A stretch of 64,000 nt of DNA, from assembly GCA_965116885.1 (NCBI GenBank), contig OZ220741.1, positions 1,504,001-1,568,000 on the forward strand, given 5' to 3'. This DNA is from Candidatus Latescibacterota bacterium. Lineage in GTDB: Bacteria; Latescibacterota; UBA2968. Positions 41,666-52,060 of this stretch are shown in pieces; positions within the stretch are counted from its first letter, which is position 1; each line of letters opens with the position of its first letter. The position numbers were made by a program, and so were the translations under genes. The notes below the pieces were generated by a model. It searched no databases. It had not been told where the DNA came from and saw only the letters and a list, made by a program, of their open reading frames with translations.

Positions 41666-44443
41666 ATGTATAAAAAGCCTTTTATCTGTGTACTCTTCAC
41701 TTTTCTCGCGCTGTCCGCCTCTCCAACTCTTGCCCAGCACTCGGTGGCGCGGCAGTGGAACGATGCCTTGTTGACGGCGATTAGCAATGATAAAGCCTTT
41801 CCCACAATCCAGGCTCGCAATCTTTTTCACACCAGTATCGCGTTGTACGATGCATGGGCGGTGTACGGCGATGGACCCGAGCAGACTTATTTGCTGGGTA
41901 AAACCGTCAATGGTTTTGCTGTTCCCTTTGCCGGTGCGCCCCGTCCCGATGATGTAGAGGAGGCCCGCCACGAGGCCATGAGCTATGCGGCTTATCGCCT
42001 CATAGAACACCGCTTTGCCTATTCGCCTGGTGCGAGGACGACGTTCAACCACATCGGCACGCTTATGGCACAACTGGGATACGATCCGAATTTCACCTCC
42101 ACAGACTATACCGATGGCAACCCTGCGGCTTTGGGCAACTATATCGCCCGGCAATTGATTCAGTTCGGCTTGCAGGACGGTGCCAATGAGCGAGACGCTT
42201 ACCGCATTCGCTACTACACGCCGCTCAATCCGTCTTTAGACCCCTTCCGGCCGGGACATAACGGTCTTATTGATCCCAACTTCTGGCAGCCTCTCAGCCT
42301 TGGAGAATACGACGCGTTTCTCACGCCAGAATGGGGTTCCATGATGTCTTTTGCCCTCGGCGAAGAGGACATGACGATGTACCAACGGGACGGCATTAAC
42401 TATCCAGTCTTCCACGATCCGGGACCGCCGCCCTGTATAGACTTCCAACAACAAAACAGTGAGCGCGCTGGACAGAGAATGGCGTCCGAAGAGTATCAAT
42501 GGGGCTTTGCTCTGGTCGCGCTGTGGTCGTCCCATCTCGACCCGGCTGATGGCGTCCTGTGGAATATTTCGCCCGGTGCTATCGGCAATGCGCCAGCATT
42601 GCCGCAGACCTTGAGCGAGTATAAGGCGTTCTACAACTTTTTCGACGGCGGTGATGCCAGCCAGGGGCATTCGGTTAATCCCCATACCGGGCAGCCGTAT
42701 GAAGACCAGTGGGTGCCGCGCGCCGACTATGCCCGGGTGCTGGCCGAATTTTGGGCCGATGGTCCAGATACCGAGACGCCGCCGGGCCACTGGTTCAGTA
42801 TCCTCAACTATGTCAGTGACCATCCGCTTTTTGAGAAGCGTTTTAAAGGACAGGGACCGATTCTCGACGATCTGGAATGGGATGTAAAGGCATACCTGTC
42901 CCTGGGGGGAGCCATGCACGATGCCGCGGTGAGTTCGTGGAGCATAAAGGCCTGGTACGACTATGTCCGTCCTATTTCGGCCGTTCGCTGGCTGGCTGAC
43001 CGCGGCCAGAGTAGCGATCCCGATCTACCGCGCTATGACCTGGCTGGTCTGCCGCTCGTGGATGGCTATATCGAGTTGGTCAAAGCCAGCGATCCCCTCG
43101 CTGGTACATACGGCGAACACATCGACAAAATCAAATTGAAGGCCTGGCGTGGTCCGGATTATGTCAGGGATACGGCGACTGATATCGCCGGCGTGGGCTG
43201 GATATTGGCCGAGAATTGGTGGCCATATCAGCGGTCCAATTTTGTGACGCCACCTTTTGCTGGCTATGTTTCGGGGCATTCGGTTTTCTCGAATGCTGGT
43301 GCCAGAGTTTTGACTTTGCTCACTGGGGATCCGTTTTTTCCAGGGGGGATGGGCGAGTTTCGCATCCAGCGCAATCGCTTTCTCGTTTTTGAAGAAGGTC
43401 CCAGTGTGGATGTGGTGCTGCAATGGGCTACGTATCAGGACGCTTCAGATCAGAGTTCTCTCTCGCGTCTTTGGGGCGGCATCCATCCGCCTGTAGATGA
43501 TATTCCCGCGCGTATAATTGGTGCCCATATTGGCGAGGATGCTTTTGAGCTATCTGAAGCGTATTTTGGTCAGCCGCTACCATGGGTACTTGATGCGCCT
43601 GTGGTGACGGGATCATCGGCGACCCGTGTGACAGTGAATTGGGAGGCTCCCACCACGACTGTCACGAGCTACGATTTGCGCTACCGACAGGGCGATACGC
43701 TGGTCTTTACGGACGGTCCGCAGGATGTGACCGGGACGAGTGCGACCATTACGGGGCTAAGGCCCAATACCGCATACGTAGTGCAGGTGCGGGGGAGCAA
43801 TGCGACAGGCGATGGCGATTGGTCGCCCGTGGGTGTTGGTAAGACGGCCACGCCGTCTGTTTCTCTGGATGTGGATGATGCTGAAGCGGACCAGTCCCTG
43901 TCCTTTCTCGATGTTTTTCCCGAGCGCGTTATCTCTATCCAGATTTTTGGTAGGTATTTTCAAGCGATAGATAATTTTTCACTGCGCTTTGAATACGATG
44001 CGACGCAGGTGGTTTATGAGGGATTTAGCAGGGGTAGTGTATCTGGCACCTCGGCTCTTTCCGGAAGAGATTTTGTGGCGATAGGGATGACGTTGTCAAA
44101 AGAAAAGCCAGTGGTTGATGGCAGTCTGATGGGCACGATTCGCTTTCGCACTACAGAGGTTTTTTCAGGCACAGATATACGCCTGATGCGGGTGAGCGTT
44201 GTGGGAGAGGAATACGCCGAGATGCTACCCGTGGATCTGAATATTGCCCTGGGCAAGGCTACTCCGCCTTCTCCGGACTTTGACGGCAATGGGATTGTTG
44301 GTATCTCTGACTTTTTGCTCTTTGCTGAGGTGTTTGGTGCCCGGGTGGGTCAAGCAGGGTATGAGGAAAAATACGACCTGGATGGCGATGGCGAGATTGG
44401 AATTTCCGATTTTCTGATCTTTGTGGAGAGCTTTGGCAAATGA
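41666..44443 (+). CDS. Secreted vanadium-dependent haloperoxidase-like protein + FN3 + cohesin-like + dockerin-like domains
   Basis: GGAGGGAG RBS, signal peptide; KAWYDYVRP, YVSGHS, SRLWGGIH vanadate-site motifs; DFDGNG/DLDGDG C-terminus. Confidence 0.88.
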   Translation: MYKKPFICVLFTFLALSASPTLAQHSVARQWNDALLTAISNDKAFPTIQARNLFHTSIALYDAWAVYGDGPEQTYLLGKTVNGFAVPFAGAPRPDDVEEARHEAMSYAAYRLIEHRFAYSPGARTTFNHIGTLMAQLGYDPNFTSTDYTDGNPAALGNYIARQLIQFGLQDGANERDAYRIRYYTPLNPSLDPFRPGHNGLIDPNFWQPLSLGEYDAFLTPEWGSMMSFALGEEDMTMYQRDGINYPVFHDPGPPPCIDFQQQNSERAGQRMASEEYQWGFALVALWSSHLDPADGVLWNISPGAIGNAPALPQTLSEYKAFYNFFDGGDASQGHSVNPHTGQPYEDQWVPRADYARVLAEFWADGPDTETPPGHWFSILNYVSDHPLFEKRFKGQGPILDDLEWDVKAYLSLGGAMHDAAVSSWSIKAWYDYVRPISAVRWLADRGQSSDPDLPRYDLAGLPLVDGYIELVKASDPLAGTYGEHIDKIKLKAWRGPDYVRDTATDIAGVGWILAENWWPYQRSNFVTPPFAGYVSGHSVFSNAGARVLTLLTGDPFFPGGMGEFRIQRNRFLVFEEGPSVDVVLQWATYQDASDQSSLSRLWGGIHPPVDDIPARIIGAHIGEDAFELSEAYFGQPLPWVLDAPVVTGSSATRVTVNWEAPTTTVTSYDLRYRQGDTLVFTDGPQDVTGTSATITGLRPNTAYVVQVRGSNATGDGDWSPVGVGKTATPSVSLDVDDAEADQSLSFLDVFPERVISIQIFGRYFQAIDNFSLRFEYDATQVVYEGFSRGSVSGTSALSGRDFVAIGMTLSKEKPVVDGSLMGTIRFRTTEVFSGTDIRLMRVSVVGEEYAEMLPVDLNIALGKATPPSPDFDGNGIVGISDFLLFAEVFGARVGQAGYEEKYDLDGDGEIGISDFLIFVESFGK

Positions 44444-44505
44444 TGCACAAGTGCCGGTGGTTTTTAGGTGATTAGTTCCGAAATTGTTTTTTGTGGGAGA
44501 ATATT

Positions 44506-45099
44506 ATGAGCAAAGAAAATGCAGAGGTAGTACCAGATATAGAAGTCTATATTAAAATTATAGAGGAAATTAAACAGAGGGTAGATGTTGTATTACGACT
44601 GCATAAGGGGGAATTGTTTGTGGAGTATCGGGCTACGCAGGTTGAATCAATGATACTTCAAGTTCGTAAGATTTTAGAGTTAATAGTACTGGCGTCGTTG
44701 TCTGCGAATAAATCAATTTTTGAGCAAAACAGGAAGAAATTTGAAGATCATTGGCGTCCTAAAGACATAATTAAGGATATAGAAAGCATAAATCCGGGCT
44801 TTTATCCTATACCAGTTGAGGAAAAACCGTCGGAAGATGAAGGAGTTGTGGACCTGGTTGATGTAAAAACAAAGTTTATGGATCGGGTGGAACTTCTTTT
44901 CGTTTATAGTGAGTGCAATAGATGTTTACATGCATCAAATCTGTACGGGGAAGGTATAGATTATGAGTATTATATAAAAAAAGTGTCTATATGGATAGAT
45001 TGGATTGTTGGGTTGCTCCATACTCACAAGATAGTACTTTTGAATGACAATGACATATATCTTGTGCGTATGGATGTAAAGGGTGAAGTACGCATATAG
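44506..45099 (+). CDS. Hypothetical protein, AT-rich
   Basis: GGAG RBS, about 197-aa ORF, no recognised family. Confidence 0.7.
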   Translation: MSKENAEVVPDIEVYIKIIEEIKQRVDVVLRLHKGELFVEYRATQVESMILQVRKILELIVLASLSANKSIFEQNRKKFEDHWRPKDIIKDIESINPGFYPIPVEEKPSEDEGVVDLVDVKTKFMDRVELLFVYSECNRCLHASNLYGEGIDYEYYIKKVSIWIDWIVGLLHTHKIVLLNDNDIYLVRMDVKGEVRI

Positions 45100-45219
45100 T
45101 TTTGTGTTGGAACGAAATTTTTGGTATTTTTTTCGGCACTATTGAATATAATTCCCAAAAATTAAGAAACACCGAGTTTATATCTGTTTAATCTTTCGGA
45201 AATAATCAGACTGTAATTT

Positions 45220-45265
45220 TTACCCCGTCGCGATCATCCGGTATTGCGATGGGGTAATGTTTTAT
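45220..45265 (+). terminator. Hairpin, probable terminator
   Basis: TTACCCCGTCGCGAT-N8-ATTGCGATGGGGTAA (15 bp including two G-U pairs) followed by TGTTTT. Confidence 0.55.
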
Positions 45266-45344
45266 ATGAACATCGGGTATCGCTTTGTTGAAAGGAGGCT
45301 TTTTGTAGGCTAACCTATTCGTTAAGAAGATTTTGTTTTTTCGA

Positions 45345-45360
45345 TGTATCACAAACTACA
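45345..45360. promoter_or_regulatory. TGTA-N8-TACA palindrome (NtcA-box-like) upstream of urtA
   Basis: TGTATCACAAACTACA, 8 nt before the GGAGG RBS. Confidence 0.45.
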
Positions 45361-45383
45361 CACTGGATGGAGGTATCACGCGT

Positions 45384-46710
45384 ATGAAAAAGTTTTTGAA
45401 TATTTTGTTTGTCGCTGCATTGCTATGTACCACGGGTCTTAGTGTTCACGCGGAGGAGACGGTTAAGCTCGGCGTGTTGCACTCTCTGAGTGGGACCATG
45501 GCGATCTCTGAGGTTTCACTGCGCGATGTCGTGCTTATGGCTGTTGGGGAGATCAATGCCAGTGGCGGCGTGCTGGGGAAGAAGATTGAACCCGTGGTTG
45601 TCGATCCGGCATCGGACTGGGATCTGTTTGCCGAGAAAGCCAAAATGTTGCTTCGGGAGGAGAAGGTCGCCGTGACTTTTGGGTGCTGGACTTCGGTTTC
45701 GCGCAAGTCTGTTTTGCCGGTTTTTGAAGAGAGCAATGGTTTGCTTTTTTATCCGGTTCAATACGAAGGGGAGGAGTGTTCTCGAAATATTATTTATACC
45801 GGTGCTTTTTTATCCGGTTCAATACGAAGGGGAGGAGTGTTCTCGAAATATTATTTATACCGGTGCTACGCCCAACCAGCAACTGATTCCCGCTGCTGAA
45901 TATCTGATGAGTGAAGAAGGGGGCAGTTATAAGAAGTTTTATCTGCTGGGTACGGACTATGTTTTCCCGCGTACCGCGAATAAGATTCTTCGCGCTTTCT
46001 TGCTGCACAAGGGTGTGCCCGAAGAGAATATTATTGAAGAATATACGCCTTTTCACCATCAGGACTATCAGACCATAGTCCAGAAGATCAAGCGCTTTGC
46101 CGCCAATGGCGATGCCGCTGTTTTATCCACTATCAATGGCGATTCCAATGTTCCGTTCTACAAGGAATTTGCCAATCAGGGTCTCACATCGGCAATGTGC
46201 CCGATTATGGCGTTTTCTGTCGCTGAAGATGAGTTGCGTTCGATGGATACGGAGTTTCTCGTCGGTCATCTGGCTGCCTGGAACTATTTCCAATCTATTC
46301 CCGTTGCGGAAAATCGCGCGTTTGTGAAAAAGTTTAAAGATTATTGCGCGGCAAACGGGTTGCCCGGTGGTGCCAAGCGCGTTACCGATGATCCCATCGT
46401 GTGGTCTTATGTGGGTGTTTATCTCTGGAAAGCAGCAGTTGAAAAAGCCGGTTCTTTTGATGTTGATGCCGTGCGTCCCGCGCTTTACGGCCTCACATTT
46501 GACGGTCCGGGTGGTACGGTGATGATGGATCCGGTGAATCACCATTTGCACAAGCCCGTGCTGATTGGCGAGATCCGCAAGAACGGTCAATTCAAGATTG
46601 TATATGAGACCGATGGTCTCGTCGCTCCCGATCCCTGGGACGATATCACGAGTGCGGACAAAGATTGCGATCATGTCAAGCACATGGGAACCTATACACT
46701 CAAACAGTAG
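45384..46710 (+). pseudogene. urtA: Urea ABC transporter substrate-binding protein, frameshifted by a 61-bp duplication
   Basis: [44 protein letters not shown] split over two frames. Confidence 0.88.
45742..45867. repeat. Perfect 61-bp tandem duplication
   Basis: ATCCGGTTCAATACG.. at 45751 and 45812; identity spans 2x61+4 nt with TGCT at both ends. Confidence 0.97.
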
Positions 46711-46759
46711 TGAATTGGGCGGAGCAATTCGATTGTTCCGCCCGTAAAAGGAGAAAAAA

Positions 46760-47659
46760 ATGAAAAAATTGTTGCTGCTTCTCGCGATCCTGGCTTTTTC
46801 AGCCACATCGTCATTCGCTCAGATCAAAATTACAGATAACCTCACGGTTACGGGATTTTTCGATATGTCGTCAACGTATGATACGGCAACCAAATCCAAT
46901 AGTCTGTCTTTTGATCAGTTTGAAGTTGACTTTATTTACAACTATGGACGCGGGCTGTCAGCCCAGGCCGATATCAATAGCTTGAGTGGCGGGTCTGTTG
47001 ATCTCGAGCAGGCTTTTGTGACTTATAAAGCACCGAATGGATTCAGTATTACGGGCGGCAAATTTTTGAGTTGTTCGGGTTGGGAGACTGCAGAACCCAC
47101 AGGTTTGTATCAATATTCTTATTCTGCTACACTTGTTTATGGTGGTTATCAAAATGGTGCCGCTGTGGGGTTTGGCAATGGCAAAGTTGGTTTCTTTGGC
47201 TCTGTTGTTTCCAGCGTGTGGGATGGGTCCGATACCAGTTTTGATGATCTGGGTTTTGAAGCACAGATTGCTTTTACACCTGTTGAAGCATTTACAGCTA
47301 AGGTCGCGTACCTCTGGGAAGATATGGGTGGTTTTGAACAATCGCTTCTCAATGGTTGGGCAATGTATGCCACGGGCCCTGTGACACTGGCTGCGGAATA
47401 CAACTATCTGGCGAACTGGGGGGAAAGTGGAAATGGTGGCTATGGCTGGATTTTAATGGGTAATATGGCTTTGTCCGACAAGGTCGGTGCCACGGTGCGC
47501 TACAGTGGTCTGGATACAGATGCCGATGGAAAGTTTACGGAGATTACTTTTAGTCCCAGCTATACGATTACCGATAACTGGGGTGTGTTGGCCGAATTGC
47601 GCCGCGATATTGATTCAGAAGTAACCCTGTTTGCTTTTGAATCTATCTTTACGTTTTAA
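46760..47659 (+). CDS. Outer-membrane beta-barrel porin
   Basis: Signal peptide, amphipathic strands, LEQAFVTY, GKF, terminal IFTF. Confidence 0.85.
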   Translation: MKKLLLLLAILAFSATSSFAQIKITDNLTVTGFFDMSSTYDTATKSNSLSFDQFEVDFIYNYGRGLSAQADINSLSGGSVDLEQAFVTYKAPNGFSITGGKFLSCSGWETAEPTGLYQYSYSATLVYGGYQNGAAVGFGNGKVGFFGSVVSSVWDGSDTSFDDLGFEAQIAFTPVEAFTAKVAYLWEDMGGFEQSLLNGWAMYATGPVTLAAEYNYLANWGESGNGGYGWILMGNMALSDKVGATVRYSGLDTDADGKFTEITFSPSYTITDNWGVLAELRRDIDSEVTLFAFESIFTF

Positions 47660-47754
47660 CTTGAAAAAATCCCCCGCAAAAGAGGGATGCCGCTCTCCTC
47701 TGGGTCTCTCCCAGGTGGCGGTATCTCTCACTGTGGAGGAGCTGACTTAAACGC

Positions 47755-49428
47755 ATGAAAATAAAACGCCACAATTTTTTGCGCTCTGTCTGCGCGCTGG
47801 CCCTCATTTTGGGCGTATCGCCCATCCAGGCACAGATGGATCACCCGTTGCAACTCGGGCGCATTGTCAGCAATGACCGCGATAGCATCACTACTGCGGT
47901 CAGAGTTATTTCCGATGCGAAAGATATCGCTTATTATGCCCTGATGGTTGCGCTTTTTAACGGTGAACTCTATCTAAAGAATAATGAGCTCGTCATTATC
48001 GGCGACATGCAAGAAGACGATTATGGCGATACCTTCGCCCCGCTCTACACCGCTTATCCCAAACGCCATCCCATTCTGAACGATGAGGGCAAGCCCCTTA
48101 TTGCGCCGCTGATTGATCTCGAAGAGATTGACAGCAATCGTCGCATCCGCGCGCTTATTCAACCTTATCTTACGCAGATGGAGATTTTTCATCCAGATCC
48201 CGGCAAGCGCCGCGTTGCTGTAGAAACGCTCGGCAATCGCGGTGATCTGGGCGCAGTCCCCATGCTGCGAGATGCTCTGGATAAAGAGGCGGATAGCAGT
48301 ATTCAAAGTCTGATCCGCGTTGCTCTGGGCAAGCTCGAACTCACGCATCCCGACGCCGAGATTCGTCTCAATGCGGCTAAAGCGCTGGGTGAACTCAATA
48401 ATACATTCGTTCTTTCTTTTTTGCGCGCGCGTGTTGAACCCGATGTCAGTGGCAATATTGCCGAGTCAGATCCCGCGGTTCGGAACGAGATACGCGATGC
48501 AATTCAGTGGCTGGAAACATTTAACCAGATCATGGTTGTGATCCAGACAGCTTTTGTCGGTCTCAGTCTGGGGTCTATTCTCATTCTGGTTGCGCTTGGT
48601 CTGGCGGTTATTTATGGGCAGATCGGTATTATCAATATGGCGCATGGCGAATTTATGATGGTTGGGGCTTATTTTACGTTTATTGTGCAGAATATTTGCA
48701 TGATTGTCCTGCCCGCTGCCTATATCGATCTGTTTTTTCTGCTGTCTTTACCCATTGCATTTCTCACGGCTGGTGGTATGGGGTTGCTTGTGGAGTCTCT
48801 GGTTATTCGCCGCCTTTACAATCGTCCTCTCGAGAGTTTGCTGGCTACGTGGGGGATTGGTCTTATTCTCGTACAGCTCGCGCGTACGATTTTTGGGGAT
48901 CTCACGGCTGTCAAGTTGCCCCAGATTCTCAGTGGCGGTTTCGAATTGGCGCCGCAGGTTATGCTGCCGTATAACCGGATCTTTATCATCTGTCTGACCG
49001 CTGTTATCCTGGTTGGTTTGGTCGCATTTTTCTTTAAGACCCGGTTTGGTCTTCGGTTGCGCGCGGTTACACAAAATCGTGAGATGAGTGCTTGTATGGG
49101 TATTCCCACCCGTCGCGTTGATGCGATTGCTTTTTTTCTTGGTACGGGTATCGCAGGGATCGCGGGCTGGGCTATGACGCTTATTGGCAATGTCGTTCCA
49201 AATATGGGGCAGACGTATATTGTCGATGCTTTTCTCGTGGTTGTCGTTGGCGGTGTTGGAAAAATTTTAGGGACGATTGTCGCGGGTCTGGGTATTGGCA
49301 TGTCCAATAAGGTTATTGAACCCTTTGCCGAAGCCGTTTATGCCAAGGTTCTCATTTTGGGCCTTATTATCCTCTTTTTACAGTTGCGTCCCACGGGCAT
49401 CTTTCCCGCGAAGGGGAGAGATGAATAG
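47755..49428 (+). CDS. urtB: Urea ABC permease with N-terminal periplasmic HEAT-like repeats
   Basis: GLSLGSIL, INMAHGEF, RPLESLLATWG, VVVGGVG. Confidence 0.93.
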   Translation: MKIKRHNFLRSVCALALILGVSPIQAQMDHPLQLGRIVSNDRDSITTAVRVISDAKDIAYYALMVALFNGELYLKNNELVIIGDMQEDDYGDTFAPLYTAYPKRHPILNDEGKPLIAPLIDLEEIDSNRRIRALIQPYLTQMEIFHPDPGKRRVAVETLGNRGDLGAVPMLRDALDKEADSSIQSLIRVALGKLELTHPDAEIRLNAAKALGELNNTFVLSFLRARVEPDVSGNIAESDPAVRNEIRDAIQWLETFNQIMVVIQTAFVGLSLGSILILVALGLAVIYGQIGIINMAHGEFMMVGAYFTFIVQNICMIVLPAAYIDLFFLLSLPIAFLTAGGMGLLVESLVIRRLYNRPLESLLATWGIGLILVQLARTIFGDLTAVKLPQILSGGFELAPQVMLPYNRIFIICLTAVILVGLVAFFFKTRFGLRLRAVTQNREMSACMGIPTRRVDAIAFFLGTGIAGIAGWAMTLIGNVVPNMGQTYIVDAFLVVVVGGVGKILGTIVAGLGIGMSNKVIEPFAEAVYAKVLILGLIILFLQLRPTGIFPAKGRDE

Positions 49429-49440
49429 ACGAGCTATCTT

Positions 49441-50535
49441 ATGACTTATTACCGTCCCATTATCGTATTCCTTCTCTTTGGCATTGCCGCGCCTGTGCTC
49501 AATGAGATGGGGTTGCTTTCAGATACGACGTTGAATCTTTGGGGTCGTTATTTTTGTTTTGCGATTGCCGCACTGGGGATTGATCTGATCTGGGGATATA
49601 CGGGTATTCTGTCGCTGTGTCAGGCGTTCTTTTTTTGTTTGGGCGGGTATGCGATTGGCATGCACATGTTGCTCAAGACGGGTACGCAAGGGGTTTATGG
49701 GAGTGCGTTACCCGATTTTATGGTGTGGAACCGCGTGGAGCAATTGCCGCTTTTTTGGGAGCCTTTTCACACTTTTACATTTGCGTTTATTCTGGCGCTT
49801 ATGATTCCGGCGATTATTGCGCTCATTTTTGGGTTCCTCGCTTTTCGCAGCCGGCTTCAGGGGGTTTATTTTGCCATTATTACGCAGGCTCTTGCCCTGG
49901 GGGTCTGGCTTATTTTTTTGCGGAATGAGACCATGCTCGGCGGTACCAATGGTCTGACGGATTTTAAGACGTTGCTCGGTTTTGAATTGGCGGATCCGGC
50001 GAGCAAACGCGGTCTTTATATCATTGCGTTTGTCACGCTTTTTGTTTCCTATTTTTTGTGTCGTTTTGTGGTGAAATCCAAGCTCGGGCGCGTGCTTATT
50101 GCGGTTCGAGATAGTGAGCATCGGTTGCGTTTTATCGGCTATCGCGTTATGAGCTACAAGGTATTTGTTTTTGTGATGGCCAGTATGCTCGGTGCTCTGG
50201 GCGGGTTGCTCTATGTGCCTCAGACCGGGATTATTACACCGGGGCGGATGGATGTGCAGGCTTCTATTGAGATGGTGATATGGGTTGCTGTTGGCGGGCG
50301 GGGGACTCTGATCGGTCCGATTATTGGCGCGGTGCTTGTGAATCTTCTCTACAGTTTTTTGACGGGCGCGTTCCCCGGTACATGGCTCTACTTTTTGGGC
50401 TTTCTTTTTATCGGTGTTGTGCTCTTTTTCCCCGATGGTCTTATTGGTCTGCGATCTAAGATAAAGATAAGGAGTTTGAAGCGATTTTTGCCCACACGCA
50501 TCCCAGCACCTGTACCTGCTGAAAGTCAGGATTAA
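49441..50535 (+). CDS. urtC: Urea ABC permease
   Basis: DLIWGYTGILSL, PDFMVW, GVYFAIITQAL, GGTNGLTDF. Confidence 0.95.
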   Translation: MTYYRPIIVFLLFGIAAPVLNEMGLLSDTTLNLWGRYFCFAIAALGIDLIWGYTGILSLCQAFFFCLGGYAIGMHMLLKTGTQGVYGSALPDFMVWNRVEQLPLFWEPFHTFTFAFILALMIPAIIALIFGFLAFRSRLQGVYFAIITQALALGVWLIFLRNETMLGGTNGLTDFKTLLGFELADPASKRGLYIIAFVTLFVSYFLCRFVVKSKLGRVLIAVRDSEHRLRFIGYRVMSYKVFVFVMASMLGALGGLLYVPQTGIITPGRMDVQASIEMVIWVAVGGRGTLIGPIIGAVLVNLLYSFLTGAFPGTWLYFLGFLFIGVVLFFPDGLIGLRSKIKIRSLKRFLPTRIPAPVPAESQD

Positions 50536-50536
50536 T

Positions 50537-51289
50537 ATGATTTTTGATCCGGTTCTGCTGACTGTTGAAAATTTGCGCGTGTCCTTTGATGGATTTGTCG
50601 CGCTCGATATAGACGAGTTTGTCCTGCACGACCGCGAATTGCGCGTTGTTATCGGTCCAAATGGTGCGGGTAAGACCACTTTTCTCGATGTTTTGTGCGG
50701 GAAGACCAGACCCGATCGCGGCAGTGCGCGTTTTGAAAAGTTCGATCTTACCCAGATGAGTGAAGATGCGATTGTCAAAGCGGGGGTTGGGCGGAAGTTT
50801 CAAACGCCGTCTGTTTTTACCTCTCTCACGGTGTACGAGAATCTGATGCTGGCGCTCAAGACTGACCGCACAGTTCTCTTTTCGCTTGTTTCGCGTCTGT
50901 CGGACAAGAATCGCGACCGCATCCAGGCTGTTGCAGAGCAGACGGGGCTGGCCGATCATCTGCATACGGTTGCCGATGCGCTTTCGCACGGGCAGAAACA
51001 GTGGCTGGAGATTGCGATGGTTATTTTGCAAGATCCAGAACTTTTTTTGATTGACGAACCCGCTGCTGGTATGACGGATGAAGAGACGGTTAAGACGGGG
51101 GAGCTTCTCGAACGCCTGACGATGAATCACGCGATTATTGTTATTGAACACGATATGGAATTTGTGAGACAGATCGCCCGCACGGTTACGGTTCTCCACG
51201 AGGGCAAGGTGCTTGTTGAAGGACCGATGGATCAGGTGCAAAATGATCCCCGGGTTATTGAGTGTTATTTGGGTAGTGCGCAGCATTGA
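50537..51289 (+). CDS. urtD: Urea ABC ATP-binding protein
   Basis: GPNGAGKTT, GRKFQTP, LSHGQKQWLEI, IEHDM. Confidence 0.95.
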   Translation: MIFDPVLLTVENLRVSFDGFVALDIDEFVLHDRELRVVIGPNGAGKTTFLDVLCGKTRPDRGSARFEKFDLTQMSEDAIVKAGVGRKFQTPSVFTSLTVYENLMLALKTDRTVLFSLVSRLSDKNRDRIQAVAEQTGLADHLHTVADALSHGQKQWLEIAMVILQDPELFLIDEPAAGMTDEETVKTGELLERLTMNHAIIVIEHDMEFVRQIARTVTVLHEGKVLVEGPMDQVQNDPRVIECYLGSAQH

Positions 51290-51315
51290 ATTAAGAATTA
51301 AAAATTAAGAATTGG
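51288..51315. repeat. Intergenic 7-bp tandem array
   Basis: GAATTAA GAATTAA AAATTAA GAATTGG. Confidence 0.8.
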
Positions 51316-51327
51316 GATAGTATTTCA

Positions 51328-52047
51328 ATGACTACGATCACAGACACCGCTCTCACTGTTCGAGGTCTGGATGTTTATTACGGTGAGAGTCTCATTTTGC
51401 GCGATATTGATATGGATATTCCCAGAGGGGCGATTGTGGCGGTTATGGGGCGCAATGGGGTTGGGAAGACGACGCTTATCAAGACGATCATGGGTTTGTT
51501 GCAACCTCGGGGAGGCGATATTCTGTTGAATGGGGTGAATATAACGGGGCAGACACCGGATTTTCGGGCGCGTGCGGGTTTGAGTTATGTGCCGCAAGGG
51601 CGCGAGATTTTTCCGAAATTGACAGTGAACGAGAATTTGCAGATTGGTTTGGAAGCGCGGACAGATGGTCTTACTACTCTGCCGGAGGATCTGATTTACG
51701 ATCTTTTTCCCGTGTTGGCCGATATGCAAGATCGAATGGGTGGAAATCTCAGTGGCGGACAGCAACAGCAACTCGCCATTGCCCGTGCGCTTGTTGGCGA
51801 TCCGGATATTCTCATTCTGGACGAACCTACAGAAGGTATTCAGCCTTCGATTATTCTCGATATAGAGAATGTGTTGATCCATCTGAAGGACAAAGGGAAT
51901 CTCACCATTATTCTGGTGGAGCAGTACTTTGATTTTGCCCGGCAGATTGCCGATTATTTTTATTTGATGGATCGCGGAACGATTGCGTTGTGCGGTTCTG
52001 CGGATGAATTGTCGGATGAGAGTATTAAGCAGTATCTTACGTTTTGA
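51328..52047 (+). CDS. urtE: Urea ABC ATP-binding protein
   Basis: [38 protein letters not shown]. Confidence 0.95.
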   Translation: MTTITDTALTVRGLDVYYGESLILRDIDMDIPRGAIVAVMGRNGVGKTTLIKTIMGLLQPRGGDILLNGVNITGQTPDFRARAGLSYVPQGREIFPKLTVNENLQIGLEARTDGLTTLPEDLIYDLFPVLADMQDRMGGNLSGGQQQQLAIARALVGDPDILILDEPTEGIQPSIILDIENVLIHLKDKGNLTIILVEQYFDFARQIADYFYLMDRGTIALCGSADELSDESIKQYLTF

Positions 52048-52060
52048 TCAGGGATTTTTC

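Noticed and set aside
45200..45383. Guanidine or glutamine riboswitch in the urtA leader
   Set aside because: No ykkC, mini-ykkC or glnA-motif consensus seen; the hairpin fits a terminator
45742..45867. CRISPR-like repeat or programmed frameshift
   Set aside because: Two abutting copies of coding sequence with no spacer and no cas genes; simple duplication explains the frame change
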